Part shown: in pieces, positions 57,148-64,000 of the stretch
Position numbering within the stretch: position 1 is the first letter of the stretch
How the letters are laid out: each line of letters begins with the position of its first letter
Assembly (NCBI GenBank): GCA_027334565.1
Contig: DAHWUP010000001.1
Span: forward strand, 16,674-80,673
Direction: 5' to 3'
Source of the DNA: Candidatus Levyibacteriota bacterium
Lineage (GTDB): Bacteria > Patescibacteriota > Microgenomatia > Levybacterales > UBA12049
Length of the DNA: 64,000 nt
Made by a program: the position numbers and the translations under genes
The notes under the pieces: generated by a model
What the model was told of the DNA's origin: nothing
Databases searched by the model: none
Seen by the model: only the letters and a program-made list of their open reading frames with translations

Positions 57148-57825
57148 TTACTTATCCCCCAGACGATAGCCAAAACCTCTCACCGTGTGAATCAACGGTT
57201 TTGAGCTGCTGAACGGTTTATCTATCTTATTGCGAAGATAACCGATGAAGACCTCGACCGTATTAGGCAAAATATCGGCGTCGTAATTCCAAACGTGACT
57301 GATAATCTGATCCTTGGTTAAGATTTTACCCTCGTGCCTCATCAAAAATTCAAGGATCGCAAACTCTTTCGATGACAGGTCTATCTGCTTATTTGCTCTT
57401 TTGACTTCAAAACTGGTCGAATTAAGCGACAAATTACCGACATTCAAAATATCGCTAACGGAATTTCTCGGCCTTCTTGCCAGAGCTTTAATTCTTGCCA
57501 GAAGCTCTTCGAACGCAAAAGGTTTGGTAAGATAATCGTCCGCTCCGTTGTTTAAACCCTCAACCTTATCCATTATTTGACTTTTGGCGGTTAAAATTAA
57601 AACTGGAGTGTGGTTATTCATTTCCCGCAGTTTTTTGCAAATACTTAATCCGTCCATCCCGGGGAGAAGCCTGTCTAAAATGATAAGATCGTACGATTCG
57701 CTCGAAGCAAGGTCATATCCGGTGGTGCCTTCATATGCCAAATCCACTATGATATTTTCCTGCGACAACCCCTGCTTGATGGAATTGGCAATTTTATGTT
57801 CGTCCTCAACCAGCAATACCTTCAT
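57148..57825 (-). CDS. OmpR-family response regulator
   Basis: Receiver domain (VLLVEDE...LILDRLLPGMDG...ILTAK) plus a winged-helix output (...VRGFGYRL). Confidence 0.85.
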   Translation of the reverse strand: MKVLLVEDEHKIANSIKQGLSQENIIVDLAYEGTTGYDLASSESYDLIILDRLLPGMDGLSICKKLREMNNHTPVLILTAKSQIMDKVEGLNNGADDYLTKPFAFEELLARIKALARRPRNSVSDILNVGNLSLNSTSFEVKRANKQIDLSSKEFAILEFLMRHEGKILTKDQIISHVWNYDADILPNTVEVFIGYLRNKIDKPFSSSKPLIHTVRGFGYRLGDK

Positions 57826-57870
57826 GCGATGATTATAGCAAAGAAGGCTTAAAATTACCTGAGATTTATA

Positions 57871-59739
57871 CTAAAACAACTGTTCGAATAGAGGCTGGGA
57901 TAGTTTGGCTATCTCCGAATGCATCAGTTCTTTGAGAAACTCTTCAAGGTCTGCGGTCGCGACACAAACATAAGAGTCCGCACTGCCGTAATAAACGTAA
58001 AGTGTTTTATCGATTACAACCGCTCCGCAGGGATAGACCACTCCGGCTTTAAAACCGTTGTTCTCATATGAAGCATCCGGTTCAAGGATCGCGGACTTAC
58101 TTCGATGCAACACCTTGGTCGGGTCTTTAAGATCCAAAAGCATTGCGCCGACTTTATATTTTGAGGAATCTTGTTCACCGACCGACTGGTAAATCAACAG
58201 CCATCCGTATTTTGTTTTAATCGGCGGCGCGCCGGCTCCGATCTTCCTTGAATCCCAAAAATCGGGACGCGGCTCGATCTTATATTCTCCCTTGAGCCAT
58301 TTGGTTCCGTCGAAATTAAGATCGTCCACGAAATCTATGAGGATGTTCGGATAAATTCTGTGCATGATCACGAATTTTCCGTTTATTTTCTCGGGAAAGA
58401 TCACACAGGATTTATCAACCACACCGGGCGGCGAGATCAAAATCGGTCTTTCCCAAAGCCATCGGCGGTTAAGAAAATTATCTTCGGAAATCGAGGTTAA
58501 AGCGACCCTCGGCGGATTTGTCCCGTCAAAAGCCACATAGGTTAAATAAAATTTATCGTCGAGCTTGGTGATCCTCGGGTCCTCAACGCCGCCGTATCCA
58601 CCGCCCGATACATAAATCAGGCTTAAATCTTCCGGGTGCAAATTATTATTGACCTCGAATTGAGCCGTGGGAGCATAAACCGGTTCTTCGAATCTTTCGT
58701 CGACATGCAGGCCGTCGGAACTGGTAGCATAACCTAAGACGGAAATATAATCGTTACCCTGAGCCCGATAGAAAAGATGGACCTTGCCCTGATAATAGAT
58801 TGCCGCAGGATTGAAGGTATTGAATGCTTCCCACGGGTTCTTGGTATTCGGACTGATGATCGGATTGTGGGCATGTCTTTCCAAGCGCAATGAAATGTCT
58901 TTGGACTTGTTTGCTTCCGAGGTTTTAAACAGTGCGAATACGGCGGCATAGATTCCCCCACCCTCATTCTGCCAATAGGAAATAAGCTGGCCGTTTATCA
59001 AACCCGTACCTATCAAAGAAAGCTTGGTATTTTGCGAAGGCGGAGTAACCCAAACCGGTTCTTTTGCCCTCCAAAGTAAATGCGAAGGATTGTTTAGGTC
59101 AAAAAGCGCAACTCCGGTCATGTACTGACCCGACACAAACGAATTATACAAAACCAGAATTCCTTTTCCTGTCACCAGAACGTATGAAACCTCCAAATCT
59201 CCCTGATCGAAATATTCTTTTCTTGGTGCCAAAACGCAGGTGGATTTTTCCCATTCCACCAAGTTTTTCGAATAATACAGATGGATCGACTTACTCCCCC
59301 CGTACATAAAGAATTTCTTGTCGTTGACAAAATTACCAACGATTGTCCCGTTCTCGTTGAACTTAAGCATCGACCCTTCGTAACCAAAATCCTCTTCAAG
59401 CGTTTTCGCCCAGGCTTTTTCGATCGTTTCCTCGTTACTAACGGCTTTGCGGTAGGTTAAAAGCAGTTCATCACCGAAGTTATAGAGATTAAAGTTTGAA
59501 GTTTTGGAAACATCCTCTTTTTCGCCTTTATCTTTGACGATCGAGAAAACGCGGGTTTCTTTGTTAAAGTCCAAACCGTCGTCGCTTACGGCAATCTCGA
59601 AGCTATCGCTTGCAGACTTATGAGGTTGAAATAGTAAATAAACTTTATCTTCTTGAGAATAAACACCCAACCCACGGGCAGTGGACAGTTTCCCCAATGC
59701 AATTATAGGCTGCCTTTGGGCTCCTTTTTTATCATCCAT
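57871..59739 (-). CDS. GH130-family glycosidase/mannoside phosphorylase-like protein with a duplicated beta-propeller architecture
   Basis: C-terminal half HAHNPIISPNTKNPWEAFNTFNPAAIYYQGKVHLFYRAQG...GGVEDPRITKLDDKFYLTYVAFDG is typical of GH130/DUF377. The N-terminal half is a second propeller-like domain. Confidence 0.6.
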   Translation of the reverse strand: MDDKKGAQRQPIIALGKLSTARGLGVYSQEDKVYLLFQPHKSASDSFEIAVSDDGLDFNKETRVFSIVKDKGEKEDVSKTSNFNLYNFGDELLLTYRKAVSNEETIEKAWAKTLEEDFGYEGSMLKFNENGTIVGNFVNDKKFFMYGGSKSIHLYYSKNLVEWEKSTCVLAPRKEYFDQGDLEVSYVLVTGKGILVLYNSFVSGQYMTGVALFDLNNPSHLLWRAKEPVWVTPPSQNTKLSLIGTGLINGQLISYWQNEGGGIYAAVFALFKTSEANKSKDISLRLERHAHNPIISPNTKNPWEAFNTFNPAAIYYQGKVHLFYRAQGNDYISVLGYATSSDGLHVDERFEEPVYAPTAQFEVNNNLHPEDLSLIYVSGGGYGGVEDPRITKLDDKFYLTYVAFDGTNPPRVALTSISEDNFLNRRWLWERPILISPPGVVDKSCVIFPEKINGKFVIMHRIYPNILIDFVDDLNFDGTKWLKGEYKIEPRPDFWDSRKIGAGAPPIKTKYGWLLIYQSVGEQDSSKYKVGAMLLDLKDPTKVLHRSKSAILEPDASYENNGFKAGVVYPCGAVVIDKTLYVYYGSADSYVCVATADLEEFLKELMHSEIAKLSQPLFEQLF

Positions 59740-59858
59740 AAACGGGTCAGAATTTATGTTCTGATTTTAGACTAGCAATTATTTTAAGGTTAGTCAATAC
59801 GCATAAATATTAGAGGCCATAATTTGTATTTACGTCGTAATCTTAATATAATTTATGA

Positions 59859-60575
59859 ATGATAAAACAAAACTTAGCACATGGTAAGGCGGAACGAACG
59901 AATACGACGCACAAACTTAATTGGTTAAGGGCGTCCGTACTGGGTGCCGATGACGGGATCGTTTCGGTGGCGGGCCTGGTGATGGGCGTCGCCGGCGCAA
60001 CAAATTCTACCGGGACTATTTTTGCCGCCGGTTTGGCAGGTATAATCGCCGGGTCTATTTCCATGGCGGCCGGTGAATTCGTTTCGGTCAGTAGCTCCAG
60101 GGATACCGAAAAGGCATTACTTAAAAAAGAACGGTTCGAGCTTGAAAACTTCCCGCAAGAAGAATTGTCGGAATTAACCCGCATTTATGAACAAAAAGGA
60201 CTATCGCACAATACGGCTAAAAGGGTGGCCTTGGAGCTTTCCAAGAATGATGCCTTCGCCGCCCATGCCCATGCCGAGTTAAACATTGACCCCCAAAACC
60301 TCACCAACCCCTGGCATGCTGCTTTTGCCTCAGCCATGTCTTTTCTTGCCGGTGCGATCATTCCGCTACTAACAATTCTTCTTACGCCGTTAAACCTTCG
60401 TTTACCTTTAACTTTTATCTCGGTGGCTATTGCTTTGGGAGTAACAGGCTTCTTAAGCGCTAAAATAGGAGATGCGGATTCAAAGCAAGCGATTTTAAGG
60501 GTCGTTACCGGCGGGGTATTGGCAATGCTTATAACTTATTTCATAGGAAAAATGTTCGCCGTATCAGGTCTGTAG
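59859..60575 (+). CDS. VIT1/CCC1-family iron/manganese transporter
   Basis: NWLRASVLGADDGIVSVAGLVMGVAGA (VIT family signature) and C-terminal TM helices. 238 aa. Confidence 0.7.
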   Translation: MIKQNLAHGKAERTNTTHKLNWLRASVLGADDGIVSVAGLVMGVAGATNSTGTIFAAGLAGIIAGSISMAAGEFVSVSSSRDTEKALLKKERFELENFPQEELSELTRIYEQKGLSHNTAKRVALELSKNDAFAAHAHAELNIDPQNLTNPWHAAFASAMSFLAGAIIPLLTILLTPLNLRLPLTFISVAIALGVTGFLSAKIGDADSKQAILRVVTGGVLAMLITYFIGKMFAVSGL

Positions 60576-61226
60576 AAAATTTACGACCTTCTCCGGTATG
60601 TCTTCCCAGTTTTTACACTGAATCACTTTTAACGGAGTTTGGGGAATTTCCAAATTATTGTATAAAAATATAGTTCCTTTATAACTCGCGTCCAAATAAT
60701 TTATCAAAGCCGGGTTATCGTCGATTATTCCCAAAACGTGCGGGTATAAAAACCTAAGCGTTTCAGCTTTCCAGATACTCCCCTCTTCAAGCGGCAGGTC
60801 GTCGGGCTTGGCTATCACCGGAGCTTTGGGGAAACCGTGTTTTCTCAACCATTTTTCCGTTCCGGGTATGACGCTTTGACCTCTGATTGTCAAATAACAA
60901 ACCACGGGAATTATTTTATCGATCCTCTCAACCATCTTATTTGAATTTTCTATAAGTGGCAACAATTCCTGGATTTCGTTTGATTTTCTTGCCATTTCCA
61001 TCCATTCATACGCCTCGCGTGACTGCCAATGAGGGACGTTTTGAACAAGTTGATATTTCGTTCTTATTTCGGTAAGCGATAAATCTTTAGGACCTCCGAA
61101 CTTCTCCTGAAGGCTTTGCGCCCAATAACTCCACGTAAAAGACAACGTATCATCGATGTCCAAGGCTAATCCCTTAATCTTATTTTTAACAAGACCTGTC
61201 TTTAATTTTTTGACGGACATAAGCAT
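60564..61226 (-). CDS. HAD-superfamily hydrolase-like protein
   Basis: Motif I GLALDIDDTLS (DxDxT) and a late GIIDDNP (motif IV-like). 220 aa. Confidence 0.5.
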   Translation of the reverse strand: MLMSVKKLKTGLVKNKIKGLALDIDDTLSFTWSYWAQSLQEKFGGPKDLSLTEIRTKYQLVQNVPHWQSREAYEWMEMARKSNEIQELLPLIENSNKMVERIDKIIPVVCYLTIRGQSVIPGTEKWLRKHGFPKAPVIAKPDDLPLEEGSIWKAETLRFLYPHVLGIIDDNPALINYLDASYKGTIFLYNNLEIPQTPLKVIQCKNWEDIPEKVVNFLQT

Positions 61227-61271
61227 GAACCTATTATAACAGAGGCTAAAAATCGAAATTTTGCACCTAGA

Positions 61272-63026
61272 TCAATAGCCCAATTTTGTTATCAGGATGA
61301 TATGATCGACGTTATATGCCGGATCCGCGATCGCATGGATTACATAATTTGAGAGCCTGGCATCGGTAGTTGCCACCAGCTGTTGTAAAACAGGTGTCGT
61401 TTGGTTGGTTACGTCTATCGCGGTGATATCGCTTTTTGAGATAGCACTGATGCAGTTTTCCAGCGAAACGGGTTGAAAAGTCGCAAGGTTAAGGCCGGGT
61501 TTGTCGAAAAATTGAAAACCCAGTATATCGCTGTCCCAGAGACTTTGAGAAAGCATCACCTTTGCTCCCCGGGTTTGATTGAGATAATTTATCAGCGTCT
61601 GCTGCGCCGCATTATGAAAATAATAATTCCAGTAGTAATTCTGAGGATTCACTTTAAGTTGGTTAAAATACCAGTTCCAGTTTAAAAAACAGCTAATTAA
61701 AACTATGGCACTTAAAGCTATCGTTATCTCTTTTACATGAGTTTTTTTACCTTTTACATAAATGGCAAAAAGTCCGAATGCAGCCGCAAACAATATCACT
61801 GCTATCCAGCCGGAAATTCTTAAAGCATGAGGATGTCCCAATCCGTAATAATGAAACTCGGAGATCCGTTCGATCGAAAAAATATCGCTTACAAAAGGGG
61901 GGAACATCAACAAGAATGTAACCCAAAACAAACCTCTCTTTCTAACATACAGGTAGATAAAACCGATTGCGGCCAGGACGATTGTTATAGGCCCAAAAGG
62001 CGGGATACCCGCAGGATTATGTTCCGGATTCGGATCGCCCGTGATTGGGAACGTGCCTGTTCGGTATATGTTGCCCCAAAATTCTTTGACGAATTCGGTC
62101 GGGCTATAATGCTGTGCAAAAATCGAGATGTCGGATGCCCTTGACCAAAGCTGCTGCGGATACAAGAACTGAAAACTGACCAGAGCCGTTCCGGCGACAA
62201 AAATGATTCCAAAAAACAACAGCACCCTGGACAAATACTTTTTGGGGTTATCTTTTCTGATCAGATAGATCGTGATTATCATAATCGCAATGGCAAAAGG
62301 CCGGAAGTTTAAATATGTATATAAACCGCCGACCAAAGAAAGCCCCACCGCCAAAAGATAATATAAATTTTTTGTTTTATGGTATAAAGCCAAAAATATG
62401 GCCGTTAAGACCTGGAAAAACAACGAAGGGATAGGCTCATAAGCAAGACGTGAAAGAACGATTTGCGTATATTGAAATGCCATCAACAGGGCTCCTAAAA
62501 TCGATATCGGAACAGGTAAATAAAGCCGAAGCAAAATATAAAAAATGCCGACGGTCAAAGCGCCCATCACGGCGATCGGAAGCCTTAAAGCCAAAACCGT
62601 ATGCCCCAAAAGCTCGACGCTTGTACCGATGGCGTAAGTAACCGGCATCGAGTAAGGATGATCAAGCACAAAAGGCGGTAACTGGTTTTGTTTGATAAAA
62701 CTTACGGCATAGGTTCCGACGGCGATCTCGTCGCCCCAAAGCCCCGGAGATAACTCATCTATCTTATATAATCTTATCCAAAGAGACAGAACTATTAAAA
62801 GAAAGACCAGAACGATTTCTTTGTTATGAGCTTTGATCGTGCCGAAAATATCCGTTTTGGCAAAAATAATTACCCAAAGGATAATGATAGTCGCAAAATG
62901 GATGAACATCAAATAGGTCGGGTAAGATCTTGTGTACAAAAACAAAAAGAACAAAAAGGTGTTAAAAACGGCAATCAAACCGATTATTTTAAAGGAGATT
63001 GACAAGCCAAATATTTTGGATAACAT
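61272..63026 (-). CDS. GT39/ArnT-like GT-C glycosyltransferase
   Basis: First-loop motif GLWGDEIAVGTYAVSFIKQNQLPPFVLDHPYSMPV. 584 aa polytopic. Confidence 0.7.
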   Translation of the reverse strand: MLSKIFGLSISFKIIGLIAVFNTFLFFLFLYTRSYPTYLMFIHFATIIILWVIIFAKTDIFGTIKAHNKEIVLVFLLIVLSLWIRLYKIDELSPGLWGDEIAVGTYAVSFIKQNQLPPFVLDHPYSMPVTYAIGTSVELLGHTVLALRLPIAVMGALTVGIFYILLRLYLPVPISILGALLMAFQYTQIVLSRLAYEPIPSLFFQVLTAIFLALYHKTKNLYYLLAVGLSLVGGLYTYLNFRPFAIAIMIITIYLIRKDNPKKYLSRVLLFFGIIFVAGTALVSFQFLYPQQLWSRASDISIFAQHYSPTEFVKEFWGNIYRTGTFPITGDPNPEHNPAGIPPFGPITIVLAAIGFIYLYVRKRGLFWVTFLLMFPPFVSDIFSIERISEFHYYGLGHPHALRISGWIAVILFAAAFGLFAIYVKGKKTHVKEITIALSAIVLISCFLNWNWYFNQLKVNPQNYYWNYYFHNAAQQTLINYLNQTRGAKVMLSQSLWDSDILGFQFFDKPGLNLATFQPVSLENCISAISKSDITAIDVTNQTTPVLQQLVATTDARLSNYVIHAIADPAYNVDHIILITKLGY

Positions 63027-63132
63027 TTGTCAAGCTAAATATTAAAATCATTGTAGTGAAAAGGATGGAATTAATCAATCGGGTTTAATCATTTAAAAAT
63101 TTGTGGCGATTGATGATATAATGATATAACTT

Positions 63133-63681
63133 ATGTTATGTCCAAACTGCCGGAGCCTACTATCACCGGAAAGATTTCAATCCATTAACGTCCACGAATG
63201 CAAAATTTGCCGGGGCAGGTGGTTTGAGGGCAAAGAATTGATAAGAGCGATTGAGAATAAGGATGTGGATTTAAGATGGAAAAACTTTTCCCTGTTTGAG
63301 GAAAAGGATAAAAAATATCAAAAATCCGCAGGAGATAAGCTTTGCCCCGAAGACGCAATTAAAATGTTGCATCTTAAATATTTAAACTCGGGTGTTAATA
63401 TCGACAAATGCGAGACGTGCGGGGGAATCTGGCTTGACAAGAATGAATTCGAGGCGATATTGCAATATCTTGAACAACTTCTTGTCCTAGAAACCGCCCC
63501 GGACTACGCAAGAGACGCATGGAGTAAATTTACCGAAATAGGCAGCGTGCACGATGGTATCATTTCGGAACTTAAAGACTTTTTGGTGGTGCTAAAGTTG
63601 TTCGAAATGAGAATAGTCGCGGAACATCCGACGATGCAGACGGCTATAGAAAAAACCTTGGAATACAGTCCGTTTAATTAA
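63133..63681 (+). CDS. tandem zinc-ribbon (zf-TFIIB-like, PF13453-type) protein
   Basis: CPNCRSLL...HECKICRGRWFEGKEL and CPEDAIKM...KCETCGGIWLDKNEF. Two C-x2-C...C-x2-C-G-x-W modules. Confidence 0.55.
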   Translation: MLCPNCRSLLSPERFQSINVHECKICRGRWFEGKELIRAIENKDVDLRWKNFSLFEEKDKKYQKSAGDKLCPEDAIKMLHLKYLNSGVNIDKCETCGGIWLDKNEFEAILQYLEQLLVLETAPDYARDAWSKFTEIGSVHDGIISELKDFLVVLKLFEMRIVAEHPTMQTAIEKTLEYSPFN

Positions 63682-63690
63682 AATAAAACT

Positions 63691-64000
63691 TCAAGCCTTT
63701 GAAGTCTCCAATTTTTGTTCCCTAGCGAACCTCTCGAATGCAAGTTTTATTAACCCTTCGATAAGTTTAGTGTAAGAAATTCCGCTTGCCTCCCAGAGCT
63801 TCGGATACATGCTGATTTTGGTAAACCCCGGTATCGTATTTATTTCGTTTACGACGATTTGCCCGTTATTTTTTAGAAAAAAGTCCACCCTTCCCATTCC
63901 CTCACATTGCAAAGTTTTATATGCTTTTATCGCCAGTTCTTGGACTTTTAAAGTTTCTTCGGCAGTCAGGGATGCGGGAATTTTAAGTAACGCTCCGTTC
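63691..64000 (-). CDS. ddl: D-alanine--D-alanine ligase, C-terminal part (5' end beyond the window)
   Basis: Manual translation of the minus frame from the window edge gives ...[70 protein letters not shown]..., the conserved Ddl C-terminus. The ORF-track entry 63691..63912 is the tail of this gene. Confidence 0.75.
   Translation of the reverse strand, partial: NGALLKIPASLTAEETLKVQELAIKAYKTLQCEGMGRVDFFLKNNGQIVVNEINTIPGFTKISMYPKLWEASGISYTKLIEGLIKLAFERFAREQKLETSKA

Noticed and set aside
63691-63912. stand-alone 73-aa ORF from the track
   Set aside because: Manual reading of the same minus frame past 63912 to the window edge is open. It is continuous with the conserved Ddl sequence (...[35 protein letters not shown]), so this is the tail of ddl and not a separate small gene.
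1-64000. CRISPR arrays, transposases, integrases or prophage genes
   Set aside because: No periodic repeat-spacer structure and no recognisable transposase, integrase or phage structural motifs in any frame. The only tandem repetition is the protein-coding CnaB-like repeat array.

Overview
This 64-kb window is low-GC (~40% by eye), gene-dense and uses the standard code (TGA stops). It looks like a monoderm-type, possibly CPR/Patescibacteria-like, bacterium; that is an inference I cannot verify here.

1. Positions 1..24261 form one almost uninterrupted minus-strand operon of 18 genes.
 - Most neighbouring genes overlap by 4-38 bp or are separated by 0-1 bp; three gaps are 12, 31 and ~300 bp, the last holding the single small plus-strand gene 4401..4667.
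 - It encodes at least 11 GT-C-fold membrane glycosyltransferase-like proteins: four GT39/PMT-ArnT-like, three YfhO (one truncated at the window start), two YfhO-related paralogs and one DUF2029-like. A fifth GT39 gene lies at 61272..63026.
 - It also encodes two DPM1/GtrB-like polyprenol-phosphate-sugar synthases, three further GT2s, one GT4 and a Wzx-type flippase.
 - One GT39 carries a C-terminal PBP-dimerisation/MecA_N-like domain.

2. Positions 24727..28436 are a MarR-regulated MFS(DHA2)/two-adaptor efflux operon, followed by tRNA-Glu(CTC) at 28537..28610.

3. Positions 28655..40751 hold housekeeping, redox and transport genes.
 - These include Hpt, a CcdA-TlpA fusion, Lon with a CIRCE-like element, and a P-type ATPase with VPV where CPC is expected.
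 - An orphan MgtE cytoplasmic (N-domain + CBS) module is translationally coupled to a divergent Nramp-related transporter.

4. Positions 40993..49289 are a sortase locus.
 - It contains a 2246-aa LPATG-anchored surface protein with a mucin-like Thr/Pro linker, 14 CnaB-like repeats carrying a conserved Lys/Glu/Asn triad, and two DUF11 domains.
 - A second C-terminally anchored secreted protein and a sortase (TLxTC motif) follow.
 - A 20-bp perfect palindrome lies upstream.

5. Positions 49820..64000 hold MsrB, PyrD, a MacAB-like ABC efflux system with its adaptor and a two-component system, a GH130 tandem-domain glycosidase, a VIT transporter, a HAD hydrolase, another GT39, a zinc-ribbon protein and the 3' end of ddl.

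I saw no CRISPR arrays, transposases or integrases. The system hypothesis most worth testing is an extracytoplasmic protein/cell-wall O-glycosylation machinery (GT39/YfhO plus polyprenol-P-sugar synthases) whose likely target is the mucin-like, sortase-anchored giant adhesin in the same window.
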